DNA of 51,247 nucleotides from Candidatus Nanopelagicaceae bacterium (GTDB lineage: Bacteria > Actinomycetota > Actinomycetes > Nanopelagicales > Nanopelagicaceae), in assembly GCA_036769465.1 (NCBI GenBank), contig DAIPLA010000001.1, positions 1-51,247 of the forward strand, in the 5' to 3' direction. The notes beneath the pieces were generated by a model. That model worked only from the letters and a program-made list of their open reading frames with translations, did not search any database and was not told where the DNA came from. Shown here in pieces: positions 1 through 10,013 of the stretch. Positions within the stretch are counted from its first letter, which is position 1; every line of letters starts with the position of its first letter. Made by a program: the position numbers and the translations under genes.

Positions 1-434
1 CCGTCGATATCGTCAAAAACTCCCTCATCGCCGGTGATGGCGCGTAGCAGCGCGTTTACGTATGTCGCCTTGGATTCTCCGCCCACATATCGAGCCAACT
101 CGACCGACTCGTCTACCGCCGCGTGGTCTGGGATTCTCATGGAATAAATTTGGTGTAGCGCGAGACGCAATACGTCCAAAACTTTTCCATCGATGAGATC
201 TAGCGAGCGATCAGACTTCTTTGCGATCGCGTAATCGTATTTTCCTTGCATCCGCAGTGTTCCATAAGAGAGCTCGGTTGCAAGTCCTCGTTCTCGCTGA
301 TCGAGATCGGAATCAGCGAGGAGTTGGGGCAAGCGAATATTCGCGTATGCTCCCTCGCGGTTAACCTGTGAAATCAGGTCATAGGCTAACAATCGAGTTC
401 GATCGACTTTAGCCTTGTGCTGTCTGCTATTCAA
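1..434 (-). CDS. rsmB: RsmB/Sun 16S rRNA m5C967 methyltransferase, N-terminal NusB-like domain (partial, runs off left edge)
   Basis: Manual translation from TTG at 434 gives MNSRQHKAKVDRTRLLAYDLISQVNREGAYANIRLPQLL...RERGLATELSYGTLR...IPDHAAVDESVELAR...YVNALLR; classic def-fmt-rsmB order. Confidence 0.88.
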   Translation of the reverse strand, partial: MNSRQHKAKVDRTRLLAYDLISQVNREGAYANIRLPQLLADSDLDQRERGLATELSYGTLRMQGKYDYAIAKKSDRSLDLIDGKVLDVLRLALHQIYSMRIPDHAAVDESVELARYVGGESKATYVNALLRAITGDEGVFDDID

Positions 435-1344
435 AGCGGCTCTCTGACGTCAGCCGAGCACCGCGCGCAAAATCTCCACCAGACATTCTTTTTTTGCCAG
501 CAGGTGTTACTTCGCTTATCGCAAGGACGCTATCGGCGGTACGTATGAGAAGGCTCTCTGATGTCAGTTCAATCTGGCCTGGTACTGAAAGTGAATTTGG
601 CTGCAACGCCTCGGAGAGACCATGAACCGATATTCGTTCGCCCCCGAAGGTTGACCATATTCCTGGCCGCGTCTCCAGCGCCCTTGCTTGCCGGATAATG
701 TAATCGGTCGAAGAGTTCCACGAGATTCGCCCTTGATCTCTCGAAATTTTTGGAGCGAGCGTCGCACCGGTTAGGGGTTGCGGAGTCGCACGAGTCTTTC
801 CGATGACCGGAAGCAATTCCATGATCGCACGAGCACCACTCGTGCCCAACTTCTCAAGCAAAGTATCCGTCGTATCCTGATCGTCAATAACCAATTCTTC
901 TTGAACATAAATTGGTCCGGTATCCATACCCTTATCCAGCTTAAAGATTGTGAAACCGGTATGAGTATCGCCATTTAAGAGCGCCCACTGAACCGGTGCC
1001 GCTCCGCGGAGCTTAGGCAGCAGCGAAAAGTGCAGATTGATCCAACCAAATCGCGGTCCATGAAGTAACTCGACCGGGATGATTCGTCCATAAGCGACCG
1101 TGACGATGCACTGTGGTTGTGCTTCGAGAAGATGCCGGTTGAGTTCTGACGCATCCGCGGGTTTAGCTACGGGAAGTCCACGTTCGGTTGCCCAGGCAGC
1201 CAGCTCATTGGGAATTATGGTTTTGCCGCGTCCGGTGGCCTTATCGGGATTTGTGATGACCGATACGAGTGTGTGTTCGCTCTCAAGAATCGCTGAAAGA
1301 ACGGGTAGTGAAACCAAAGAGGAAGAGGCAAGGGAAAGTTGCAT
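427..1344 (-). CDS. fmt: Methionyl-tRNA formyltransferase
   Basis: VAYGRIIP, INLHFSLLP.LRGAAPVQ, GMDTGP motifs; follows def. Confidence 0.96.
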   Translation of the reverse strand: MQLSLASSSLVSLPVLSAILESEHTLVSVITNPDKATGRGKTIIPNELAAWATERGLPVAKPADASELNRHLLEAQPQCIVTVAYGRIIPVELLHGPRFGWINLHFSLLPKLRGAAPVQWALLNGDTHTGFTIFKLDKGMDTGPIYVQEELVIDDQDTTDTLLEKLGTSGARAIMELLPVIGKTRATPQPLTGATLAPKISRDQGRISWNSSTDYIIRQARALETRPGIWSTFGGERISVHGLSEALQPNSLSVPGQIELTSESLLIRTADSVLAISEVTPAGKKRMSGGDFARGARLTSESRFE

Positions 1345-1351
1345 TAGATCC

Positions 1352-1912
1352 TTAGATTCCGAGGCCGAAGGTGTTGTGCGGGCTCACCTTTATTGAAATT
1401 GGGTTCCCGGTTTCATTCGCAAGCCCGAACCACTCCGATTCGCGGATCTCACGCATTGCAATTTTTCGCTCTTCCGGCGTCAATCGATCTATGAAGACGA
1501 CACCATCGAGATGGTCGGTTTCGTGTTGGAGTGCTCGAGCAAGAAGCTCCGTACCCTCTACAACTATCGGGTCGCCATACATATTGAAACCCTTTGCGAC
1601 CGCGCCGAGCGCGCGGCGAGTTGGATAGCTAAGACCGGGGAAACTCAGGCAGCCTTCTTCGCCGTCCTGGATATCTTCGCTGAGGTGCAGAACTGGATTA
1701 ACCAAATGACCTTCAAAATCGTCAACGTTCCATGTGAAGACACGAAGTGGAACGCCGATCTGTGGCGCCGCTAGACCAGCACCGGGCGCATCATTCATGG
1801 TGTCTAAGAGATCGGCGACCAGGTTTCGCAATTCCTTATCAAAGGTGGTGACCTCAGAGGCTCGGGAGGTCAAAACCGGATCCCCGAAAAGCCTGATTTC
1901 TTGAATAGCCAC
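1352..1912 (-). CDS. def: Peptide deformylase
   Basis: GAGLAAPQIG, EGCLS and QHETDH motifs. Confidence 0.97.
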   Translation of the reverse strand: MAIQEIRLFGDPVLTSRASEVTTFDKELRNLVADLLDTMNDAPGAGLAAPQIGVPLRVFTWNVDDFEGHLVNPVLHLSEDIQDGEEGCLSFPGLSYPTRRALGAVAKGFNMYGDPIVVEGTELLARALQHETDHLDGVVFIDRLTPEERKIAMREIRESEWFGLANETGNPISIKVSPHNTFGLGI

Positions 1913-1918
1913 AAGCGA

Positions 1919-1924
1919 ATTCTA
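1919..1924 (-). promoter_or_regulatory. Putative -10 (TAGAAT) 6 nt before def GTG; leaderless transcript
   Basis: TANNNT-N6-start, no SD. Confidence 0.6.
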
Positions 1925-1978
1925 ATAGGTTGCCGAAGAGTTCCCTAACTCAGGGTTGGTCTTCACGTATTTCGCCCA

Positions 1979-3823
1979 TCAAAACTCGTATGGGTCAATT
2001 CGCAGGGAGATTTTGGGAAGATTTTTAAGAGAACGTACCCGCTGAAAAGTGCGGAAAAAATCCTCAAATTCCGTACCGCGCGCCAAAGACGTTCTCACAT
2101 GCAGAAGAGATTCTGTCCCAGATGCCGTCGAGACGCTGATGTGAGAGAAGAGTTGGGACTCTTCAAAACCGCTCTTTATCGATTCGATCTCTTTGGTAGG
2201 GCCAGCGAGAACAGCAATTCGAAAAAATGGCGGAAGACCCGCTTCGTTTCGTTCGGTCAATTCGACGCTCGCCAACGGTTCGGTACTCCATCTCATAAGC
2301 GATTGTGATGCGGGATGAGCCGACGGAAAGGAGACATACACCTCGCCTTGATTGTCGGACATGGCGGCCGCTGAGAACCACGCGCGCTTAGCCTCTTCGT
2401 CATCGCGCAATCCCACACTCGAAAAGAGGATGGCGCCATCCATCAGAAGGACCGCGGCATATCGTCCCAGTGGTTCGGTCCCGTTCGTGGAAACGACTAT
2501 CCCATCTGGCTTCAGGTAAGAATCCATTCGATGGTCAGAGTGAGCAAATGAAACCGCGACGTTCGGGAATTTAATGCGTAGTTCCTCCGAGATGCGCTCC
2601 CCTCCACGAGCCGTTGCCCGAGGAACGCTCCCGCCGCAGTGGTCGCATTTCCAATCCGAATACATGAGCGAACACAACGGACATTGGATCTTTCCGGCCG
2701 ACTGAAATCGCAATCGGGCGCCACACGAACAATGAGCGATATTTCGGCAGGTGTTGCACGAGAATGAATTTATATAGCCCTTCCGAGCTACGGTTATGAG
2801 GACCGGGCCTCGCTTGAGTCCGGTTCGGATAACCTCCTCAGGACTTCGCGCCGAGTCTTCGAAGGTAAATCGAGGTCGCCAAGAATCCACATTCGAATTA
2901 CTGCATTCCTCAAACCAGCCTTCATGAGCTAGCCTCAGAATCTCGAGCGAAGGCGCATGCGATGCAAAGTGAACGGAATGGTTCTTTGCGCGTAACAGAG
3001 CCATGTCACGAACGTTCCATGCCGGGTAGCGCTTCTCCCACATCGCGGGCTCGTTTTCGCTGTAGATAATGATGGTTGAGCCCGGTGGAAGCGGCGTAAA
3101 GATGGAACTTCGTGTACCAAGGAAGACTTGCGCCTCCCCTTCTCTCGCGCGTAAGTACGAGCGATATCGTTCCGACTTGGTCAAGGATTCGTCGAAGACG
3201 AGAATTTCTTCGCCCAGTTCACGCTCCGCAACCATTGAAAGACGGCGAAGATCGCTGTAGTCGGGAACAACCACGAGCACCGATCCTCTTTTCCGACTCT
3301 CTCGAAGAATGGCAATCAGTTGATCCACATAACTCGACCCCGGCTGAAGAATCGAGTACTCCCTGGTTAGCGAGGCAGCCGGTTCTGGCCCGTGTTCTTG
3401 GTGTTGTGAGAAACGTTTTTCTACCGAGATCGCTCGAGCGGGCAGGGCGGTGGTGATGAGGTCCCAGACAGAGCATGCATACCTCTTCGCGGCTCGCTCA
3501 ATAACTTCGCGCGTCTCCCCGACATAAATCGCGAGCGGAGACAAAACCTTGTCGATGAATTTCAGCGCGCTTGTTTCTCCATCACGTCGATCGAGTACAT
3601 ACCCTTGAGTGACCCGCGAACCGAAATGAACTTCGATGAGCGATCCAGGAACTGCTGTTTCGCTCAGATGAGCGGGAATCAAATAGTCGTACGGATCGTT
3701 CAGATGGACCACGCCAGTATCAACAAGAACCGTTGCTATCGGTTTCTCCGCAAGCCCAAAAGACGCAGAATCGATAGCGCTTTCTCGCTTAAGCCGTAGC
3801 TTCTTACTCGATGACTCAGTCAC
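1979..3823 (-). CDS. priA: Primosomal protein N' (PriA), actinobacterial type with degenerate helicase motifs
   Basis: N-terminal 3'-DNA-binding domain (DPYDYLIP..PGSLIEVHFG), Cys cluster CNTC/CSC/CPLC/CDHC, ER.EAGLPPF, C-terminal RIDP; metK-priA-def-fmt synteny. Confidence 0.9.
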   Translation of the reverse strand: MTESSSKKLRLKRESAIDSASFGLAEKPIATVLVDTGVVHLNDPYDYLIPAHLSETAVPGSLIEVHFGSRVTQGYVLDRRDGETSALKFIDKVLSPLAIYVGETREVIERAAKRYACSVWDLITTALPARAISVEKRFSQHQEHGPEPAASLTREYSILQPGSSYVDQLIAILRESRKRGSVLVVVPDYSDLRRLSMVAERELGEEILVFDESLTKSERYRSYLRAREGEAQVFLGTRSSIFTPLPPGSTIIIYSENEPAMWEKRYPAWNVRDMALLRAKNHSVHFASHAPSLEILRLAHEGWFEECSNSNVDSWRPRFTFEDSARSPEEVIRTGLKRGPVLITVARKGYINSFSCNTCRNIAHCSCGARLRFQSAGKIQCPLCSLMYSDWKCDHCGGSVPRATARGGERISEELRIKFPNVAVSFAHSDHRMDSYLKPDGIVVSTNGTEPLGRYAAVLLMDGAILFSSVGLRDDEEAKRAWFSAAAMSDNQGEVYVSFPSAHPASQSLMRWSTEPLASVELTERNEAGLPPFFRIAVLAGPTKEIESIKSGFEESQLFSHISVSTASGTESLLHVRTSLARGTEFEDFFRTFQRVRSLKNLPKISLRIDPYEF

Positions 3824-3829
3824 GAGAGG

Positions 3830-3835
3830 AATGTA
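3830..3835 (-). promoter_or_regulatory. Putative -10 (TACATT) 6 nt before priA GTG; leaderless
   Basis: TANNNT-N6-start. Confidence 0.5.
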
Positions 3836-3841
3836 GTCTGA

Positions 3842-5035
3842 CTATCCCTTTACAGCGTTTTGGAGAGCAGCCGCACGATCGGTCTTCTCCCATGTGAAGT
3901 CCGGCAGCTCTCGGCCAAAATGGCCGTAGCTTGCGGTGGCAGAATAAATCGGGCGCAAGAGTTGAAGGTCGCGAATGATTGCGGCAGGACGCAGGTCAAA
4001 TACAGACGTGACAGCATCACTGATTTGCTGCACTGGAACCTTTTCGGTTCCAAAAGTTTCGACGAAAAGTCCTACTGGTTGCGCTTTACCGATTGCATAG
4101 GCAACCTGCACTTCGCATCGTGATGCAAGGCCAGCTGCAACGACATTCTTTGCAACCCATCGCATTGCATAAGCGGCTGAACGATCCACCTTGGAAGGAT
4201 CTTTACCTGAGAATGCACCACCGCCGTGGCGCGCCATTCCGCCGTAGGTATCGACAATAATTTTTCGGCCGGTAAGTCCCGCATCACCCATTGGGCCGCC
4301 GATAACAAAACGCCCAGTTGGGTTGATGAGTAGTCGAACATCCGAGTGGTCAATCTTCAAATCTTTGATGATGGGATCAATAACCAGACGCTTGAGGTCG
4401 GGCGCAAGATGCTTCTCCAGATCTGCTTCTGGGGCGTGCTGTGTCGAAATAACCACGGTGTTGAGCGCAACCGCCTTATCAGCGTGATACTCGATGGTGA
4501 CCTGGGTCTTACCATCCGGGCGTAAATAATCAACCGCGCCGTCCTTGCGAACCTTAGAGAGCTGAAGTGAGAGCTGGTGCGCGAGGTGGATCGGAAGTGG
4601 CATGAGTTCAGGGGTGTCATCACAGGCGTACCCGAACATAAGTCCCTGATCTCCTGCGCCCTGTAAATCCAACGGATCCGCGGACGAGGTCACTCGCTTT
4701 TCAAATGCGCTATCGACGCCTTGTGCGATATCTCCGGACTGTTGGCCGATGGAAAGCGAAACGCCACATGAATTTCCGTCGAAACCCTTATCTGACGAGT
4801 CGTAGCCGATTCGCAAAACAGTGTCGCGAACGATGTTCATAACGTCGGCATAACCATTTGTAGTGACTTCGCCGGCTACATGCACCTGTCCGGTCGTAAT
4901 GAGAGTCTCAACAGCAACACGACTCTTGGAGTCTTGCGAGAGGAGTGAATCAAGAATGGCATCGGAAATCTGATCCGCCATCTTGTCTGGATGACCCTCG
5001 GTTACCGACTCGGAGGTGAAAAGGCGTTTTGTCAT
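3842..5035 (-). CDS. metK: S-adenosylmethionine synthetase
   Basis: [28 protein letters not shown]. Confidence 0.99.
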   Translation of the reverse strand: MTKRLFTSESVTEGHPDKMADQISDAILDSLLSQDSKSRVAVETLITTGQVHVAGEVTTNGYADVMNIVRDTVLRIGYDSSDKGFDGNSCGVSLSIGQQSGDIAQGVDSAFEKRVTSSADPLDLQGAGDQGLMFGYACDDTPELMPLPIHLAHQLSLQLSKVRKDGAVDYLRPDGKTQVTIEYHADKAVALNTVVISTQHAPEADLEKHLAPDLKRLVIDPIIKDLKIDHSDVRLLINPTGRFVIGGPMGDAGLTGRKIIVDTYGGMARHGGGAFSGKDPSKVDRSAAYAMRWVAKNVVAAGLASRCEVQVAYAIGKAQPVGLFVETFGTEKVPVQQISDAVTSVFDLRPAAIIRDLQLLRPIYSATASYGHFGRELPDFTWEKTDRAAALQNAVKG

Positions 5036-5039
5036 TGGG

Positions 5040-6230
5040 TTAACCTAACTTATCGACGAGTAAATCTAGGAGAATGTTTGATAGCGAGTCTTTCGACATT
5101 GAAGGCACGTCGCGGCGGGTTCCTGAGGGGTCAAGAATAGCCCCGACTGTTGAGTCACTGCCAAATATCGCGCCGCCGGAGACATCGTTGACGTAGATGA
5201 AGTCGAGCCCCTTCTTGCGAAGTTTCGCGCCAGCTAACTCTTCGCGATTCTCACCAGTCTGTGCCGCAAATCCAATAATCCGTTGGTGAGGAAGTCTTGA
5301 ACCACTTAGATCCGCAAGAATGTCGGCCGTTTGTTCGATCGGCAATGTCTGAAGTTCCTCCTTGCTCACCTTGTCGGACGATGGCTGAGCCGGGCGGATA
5401 TCGGCGACTGCGGCTGACATGATGAGAACATCGTGTTCCGGAAATAAGGTTTTGAGTTCGGTGTGCATCTGCGCGGCGGTCTCAACTCTAAAGATAGATA
5501 CGCCATCGATATCGGGTAATTCAGAATTCGCCAAAACCAAGGAGACTTTCGCGCCCCGATTCGCAGCCTGAACCGCAAGAGAGTGACCTTGCTTTCCGGA
5601 GGATCGATTGCCGATATACCGAACCGCATCAATAGGCTCTCGCGTACCACCAGCGCTGATTAGAATTTTTAAGTCGCGGAGATCTGCACGCGATTGAAGA
5701 ACCATTTCCAATTCTTCGATAATCCGAGTTGATTCGGGGAATCGTCCCGGACCGGAATCCGCTCCAGTTAAGCGACCGTTATCCGGGTCGATAACATGAA
5801 CCCCGCGTTCGCGGAGCGTCCTCACATTGGACTGGGTCGCAGGGTTAAGCCACATTTCCGGATGCATTGCAGGGACCAGAATCAGCGGCGCTTTGGTTGC
5901 CAGGAAAATGTTTGTGAGTAGATCTGGTGCCAAACCAGTTGCAAATTTAGAAAGCAAGTCCGCCGTGCACGGTGCAACGACCAATGCAGAACAATTGCGG
6001 GCAAGCGAGATATGCGGAACCGAGTGGACATTGCTCCACAGATTGTCCGGCACTTCTCGACCAGAGAGAGCTTCCCATGTCGCCTTTCCGACAAAGTTAA
6101 GACTCGATTGGGTCGGGACAACGGTCACGGCAAAGCCCGAATCTTGCAATCGCCGAACGAGGTCGGCCGATTTGTAGGCGGCTATTCCCCCGCCGACACC
6201 GAGAATGATCTCTCGACGAGTGGCCAGCAT
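5040..6230 (-). CDS. coaBC: Bifunctional phosphopantothenoylcysteine decarboxylase/synthetase
   Basis: [39 protein letters not shown]. Confidence 0.97.
   Translation of the reverse strand: MLATRREIILGVGGGIAAYKSADLVRRLQDSGFAVTVVPTQSSLNFVGKATWEALSGREVPDNLWSNVHSVPHISLARNCSALVVAPCTADLLSKFATGLAPDLLTNIFLATKAPLILVPAMHPEMWLNPATQSNVRTLRERGVHVIDPDNGRLTGADSGPGRFPESTRIIEELEMVLQSRADLRDLKILISAGGTREPIDAVRYIGNRSSGKQGHSLAVQAANRGAKVSLVLANSELPDIDGVSIFRVETAAQMHTELKTLFPEHDVLIMSAAVADIRPAQPSSDKVSKEELQTLPIEQTADILADLSGSRLPHQRIIGFAAQTGENREELAGAKLRKKGLDFIYVNDVSGGAIFGSDSTVGAILDPSGTRRDVPSMSKDSLSNILLDLLVDKLG
5042..5047 (-). promoter_or_regulatory. Putative -10 (TAGGTT) 6 nt before metK ATG, inside coaBC 3' end
   Basis: TANNNT-N6-start. 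Confidence 0.45.
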
Positions 6231-6253
6231 GGGAAGCGTTTAAGAATCGAGGA

Positions 6254-6526
6254 TTAAGCGGTTGCTTCTGGAGCTGTTGGCTCCAAGTTTTCGATGGTCA
6301 GTAGTCCATCGTTGATCTCACGCAATGCGATGGAGAGAGGCTTCTCATGCACGTAGGTCTCAACCAGCGGACCTGCGTATTCCAAAAGACCTTCACTCAA
6401 TTGCGAATAGTACGCATTGATTTGGCGGGCGCGCTTTGCAGCATAGAGAACCAAGCTGTACTTAGACCCTGCCTTGTCGAGAAGAGCATCGATTGGTGGG
6501 TTGGTGATTCCATCCATGGTTGACAT
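6254..6526 (-). CDS. rpoZ: RNA polymerase omega subunit
   Basis: [39 protein letters not shown]; start moved to ATG 6526. Confidence 0.96.
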   Translation of the reverse strand: MSTMDGITNPPIDALLDKAGSKYSLVLYAAKRARQINAYYSQLSEGLLEYAGPLVETYVHEKPLSIALREINDGLLTIENLEPTAPEATA

Positions 6527-6570
6527 GTGCAGCTCGCTTTCAGTCGCCTTCAATCGCTTTTCATCAAGAG

Positions 6571-6598
6571 GTCGAGTAACCAGTCATTGGTACTCGAC
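6571..6598 (-). other. Hairpin/inverted repeat between gmk and rpoZ
   Basis: GTCGAGTA-N12-TACTCGAC with additional CCA/TGG inner pairing; no poly-U tail. Confidence 0.5.
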
Positions 6599-6603
6599 TA
6601 TGA

Positions 6604-7488
6604 CTATGCCCGAGGGGCAAGCGCCAAGGATACCAGCGACTGAACTACCTCATCGACCCGCTCATTGACAAGGATATGGTCGAATTCAGGGGCCGCGGCC
6701 ATCTCTTCGCGGGCCAAAGCAAGACGGGCCGCTCGTCGTTCCGGGCTATCGGTTCCACGCCCGAGGAGGCGTTCCTCGAGGTCACTCCACGATGGTGGAG
6801 CGATAAAGACCAAGATCGCTTCCGGCTCTGAGGAGCGAACTTGTCGGGCCCCAGCTATTTCGATTTCGAGCAAGACGCACTTACCCAAATTTCGCCAATT
6901 GTCGACTGGTTCGCGTGGCGTTCCATATCGCGCACCCGCAAACTCTGCCCATTCCAAAAATTCATCACGTTCGACGAGTTCATTGAACTTTTCGTCACTC
7001 AAGAAGTAGTAGTCGACGCCATCCTTCTCATTTTCTCGTGGCGGACGAGTAGTCGCCGAGACGCTCACCCAAAAACTTGGATGATCTCGGAGCGCGGCGG
7101 TGATGGTGCTTTTGCCAACTCCCCCGGGCCCAGACATCACGATAAGAGAACCCTTAGAGACCTCACTTTTGGTCACTGAGAATTCCTTTCGTAACGCCAT
7201 GAGTTGATGTTGCCCCAGACCCGCAATTCTACGAGTCTTTGCTATTCCAATCTTCGCCATAAGGAGAAATACCCGTCGCTCCCCGATTCCGGGAACAGAG
7301 CCTAAGAGCTCCGACACCTTCATCCGCTGAATCGATGGCTGCTGATCATTTATCGCATCAAAGATCGAAATCTCACCCGCCGATATCCGACGCTTTACTT
7401 CAGCACGCGCTCGACGAGCCTCAACGCCAGCTTTAACGGCAGCCGCTCTATCCATCGGCGATAATTTCGGCGGAAGAGGGCGGGCCAC
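6604..7488 (-). CDS. gmk: Fusion of actinobacterial integration host factor (mIHF/sIHF-like, aa ~1-104) and guanylate kinase
   Basis: N-term ARRARAEVK..MKVSELLGSVPGIG..IAKTRRIAGLG resembles mIHF; C-term GPGGVGKS, SVSATTR.PR..E.DGVDYYF, YGTP is Gmk; single ORF. Confidence 0.92.
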   Translation of the reverse strand: MARPLPPKLSPMDRAAAVKAGVEARRARAEVKRRISAGEISIFDAINDQQPSIQRMKVSELLGSVPGIGERRVFLLMAKIGIAKTRRIAGLGQHQLMALRKEFSVTKSEVSKGSLIVMSGPGGVGKSTITAALRDHPSFWVSVSATTRPPRENEKDGVDYYFLSDEKFNELVERDEFLEWAEFAGARYGTPREPVDNWRNLGKCVLLEIEIAGARQVRSSEPEAILVFIAPPSWSDLEERLLGRGTDSPERRAARLALAREEMAAAPEFDHILVNERVDEVVQSLVSLALAPRA

Positions 7489-7494
7489 GTAGCG

Positions 7495-7500
7495 ATACTA
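7495..7500 (-). promoter_or_regulatory. Putative -10 (TAGTAT) 6 nt before mIHF-gmk GTG; leaderless
   Basis: TANNNT-N6-start, overlapping pyrF stop. Confidence 0.55.
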
Positions 7501-8190
7501 ACCGTTGGCGCTGGCCAAAATCTCGGCGGCTTTCTCCTTCATGGCCGAGCTCGAACCAAGCGAGGTTATTGGTCGACCGATAACAAAATAGTTGGCGCCG
7601 TTTTCCAGAGCCTGAGCGGGGGTCATGATTCGAACCTGATCATTCGACTCAGACCCGACCGGTCGCACTCCTGGAGTGATGATTGTTATTGATGGACCTA
7701 CCGCCGTTCTGATTCCTTGTGCCTCAAATGGAGATGACACGATTGCTCGCGCCCCGGCATGTGCTCCGAGCGATGCCAACGAGACCGCGCTGCTGAGTGC
7801 TGGCTCGCGGTAACCAATCTCGAAAACTTCAGAATCTGAGAGCGAGGTAAGAATCGTCACAGCGACAATTTCGATCTCATCGGAGACCGAGCTGGCGGCC
7901 TCAATCATCGTGCGTCCGCCGCTCGCATGGACGGTCAAGAACTTCGGCATCAGATCCGCGACTGACTCAACCGCGGCTCGAACGGTATTTGGAATATCGT
8001 GAAGTTTGAGGTCAAGAAATAGGTCGAACTCTGCGACTGACCGAAGTGACTGAAGCCCGGTACGACCATGCTTCAAGAAAAACTCAAGTCCCACCTTGTA
8101 GGTATCAATTGAATCGCGGGTCGCAAGAATCCACGACGCCGCGGTGTCGATATCTTGGGTATCTAGGGCAAGAATTATTGGTGATGGCAT
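7498..8190 (-). CDS. pyrF: Orotidine-5'-phosphate decarboxylase
   Basis: DLKLHDIPNTV, TPGVR, VIGRPI; SD AGAGG 6 nt before ATG 8190. Confidence 0.97.
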   Translation of the reverse strand: MPSPIILALDTQDIDTAASWILATRDSIDTYKVGLEFFLKHGRTGLQSLRSVAEFDLFLDLKLHDIPNTVRAAVESVADLMPKFLTVHASGGRTMIEAASSVSDEIEIVAVTILTSLSDSEVFEIGYREPALSSAVSLASLGAHAGARAIVSSPFEAQGIRTAVGPSITIITPGVRPVGSESNDQVRIMTPAQALENGANYFVIGRPITSLGSSSAMKEKAAEILASANG

Positions 8191-8229
8191 CAACAACCTC
8201 TATTCGGTGTGCAATTTTTCGGATGAAAA

Positions 8230-9156
8230 CTACTCAGCACGGTGCGCGTATCCAACTGCTTCAGCGGTCGAATTGAAACCCTTGGTCACAAGCAAACTTT
8301 CTAATTCGCTCTTGATGGTGATTGCGGCAAGAGGGTTTCCGAAGGTTGCGGTGCCTATCGATACCGCAGAAGCACCAGCCAAAATTAGTTGAAGGGCGTC
8401 TTGGCCAGAGCTGACGCCACCCATACCAAGAATGCTTACGTGCGGTAGCGCTTGTCGGACCTGATATATCGCTCGTACTGCAATCGGTCGAATCGCCGGT
8501 CCCGAGAGTCCGCCAGTCTTTCCCGCGAGCTTAGGACGCATGGTGTTGGTATCGATAACCATTCCCAAGACCGTGTTAATGAGGGCCAAGCCGTCCGCCC
8601 CGGCTGACACCACCTCGGTGGCGATCATTGAAATATCTGTTACGTCAGGTGAGAGCTTTGCAATGATTGGAAAGTCGCCGCCTACGTTGCGTCGAACAGC
8701 TTCGATGGCTGCCCGCGCGGTATCAGGATGACAGGCAAATACCTGACCACGATTTTCGACGTTGGGGCATGAGATGTTTACCTCAAGTGCAGCTACGCCG
8801 GTAACGCCGCGGATCCGTCGGGCCAAGACCGCATAATCTTCCACCGTTTCGCCGGCAATGCTGATTACGATTCGAGCTCCTTGCGATTGAAGCCAAGGAA
8901 TATCGTTCTCTAAAAATAAATCGATTCCTGGGCCCTGCAATCCTATGGAATTGAGCATTCCACTCGGCGTTTCGGCCATGCGAGGGGTTGCTCGCCCCGA
9001 CCGAGGTTTGAGCATTATGGATTTAGTAACAATTCCACCGAGAGCTGATAACGGAAAAAACTGAGCGAGTTCCTTCCCGGAGCCAGCGCAACCACTTGCG
9101 GTGAGAATGGGATTATCAAATCGCGAGCTCCCAAGCATTGTGGAAAAATCAAACAT
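8230..9156 (-). CDS. pyrD: Dihydroorotate dehydrogenase class 1B, catalytic subunit
   Basis: NPILTASG, NSIGLQGPG, EVNISCPN, GGLSGPAI; ATG overlaps pyrK stop (TGATG). Confidence 0.95.
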   Translation of the reverse strand: MFDFSTMLGSSRFDNPILTASGCAGSGKELAQFFPLSALGGIVTKSIMLKPRSGRATPRMAETPSGMLNSIGLQGPGIDLFLENDIPWLQSQGARIVISIAGETVEDYAVLARRIRGVTGVAALEVNISCPNVENRGQVFACHPDTARAAIEAVRRNVGGDFPIIAKLSPDVTDISMIATEVVSAGADGLALINTVLGMVIDTNTMRPKLAGKTGGLSGPAIRPIAVRAIYQVRQALPHVSILGMGGVSSGQDALQLILAGASAVSIGTATFGNPLAAITIKSELESLLVTKGFNSTAEAVGYAHRAE

Positions 9157-10013
9157 CAGTGCGCTCCCCATGTATCTGCTGGGATTATGCGCTTTGCCTG
9201 CCATTGAACCGCTTCGCCATCCATTACTGGACCATCGATACAGGATCGAAGCATTCGGATAACTCCGTCCTCGCCTCTCACCGGCAAGACACATGTCATG
9301 CATACGCCGATTCCGCATGCCATCGATTCTTCAACCGCGCATTGGTGGACAACGCCCTTCTCTTTAGCAATATCGGTTATCGCTTCGAGCATCCCCATGG
9401 GTCCACATGAATAGATAACTTCAATTTTATTTTCATCGATAAGCGCTGGGATAACGTCGCTCACCCGACCTTGTGAACCGGCAGAGCCATCCTCGGTGGT
9501 TACCGTTAGTGAGTTAACGGTTCGCTTACCTTCCAGAGGCGCGTAAATTTTCATCGCCGTGCTGGCTCCAAGAACCATATCGACCCGACATCCGCGTGAT
9601 TTCAGGACCTCCGAGAGACCAAAGAGCGGGGCGCTTCCGTAGCCACCGCCAACAAGCAAAGTGCGGGCTGGTTCGGACGGTATTCCAAATGATGTGCCTA
9701 GCGGTCCGATCATGCTTACCTTCTCGCCTACTTGGCGAGCGGCGACCCACGAACTACCTTGGCCGTGCGGTGCAATTACTAATTCGATTTGCCCTTGATT
9801 TCCACCGAGATGTGTCGCTCGATAGATAGCGAAGGCCCGTCGAAGAACCGTTGACGCACCTGGCCCACCTACAGAGAGGGCAACAAAGTTGCCGGGGCGA
9901 ACATGTGCCGCCATCGTGCCGACTGAAAAAGCGATGTGGTGGTACGCGCCAGCCTTCCGATTGCTCGTTACCTCGGCATCAATAACGGTCGCTAGGTTGT
10001 TGATTTTATGCAT
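9156..10013 (-). CDS. pyrK: Dihydroorotate dehydrogenase electron transfer subunit
   Basis: [30 protein letters not shown]...C.DGPV 2Fe-2S motif. Confidence 0.94.
   Translation of the reverse strand: MHKINNLATVIDAEVTSNRKAGAYHHIAFSVGTMAAHVRPGNFVALSVGGPGASTVLRRAFAIYRATHLGGNQGQIELVIAPHGQGSSWVAARQVGEKVSMIGPLGTSFGIPSEPARTLLVGGGYGSAPLFGLSEVLKSRGCRVDMVLGASTAMKIYAPLEGKRTVNSLTVTTEDGSAGSQGRVSDVIPALIDENKIEVIYSCGPMGMLEAITDIAKEKGVVHQCAVEESMACGIGVCMTCVLPVRGEDGVIRMLRSCIDGPVMDGEAVQWQAKRIIPADTWGAH

Noticed and set aside
1935..1964. Imperfect hairpin after priA as terminator
   Set aside because: Short interrupted stems and no U-tract; too weak to call.
9157..9318. N-terminal extension of pyrD in the ORF track; similar extensions for hisS, pdxS, patA, rpoZ, pyrK
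   Set aside because: Most extensions overlap upstream genes and none resembles the family N-terminus; downstream starts with SD or stop/start overlap fit better.
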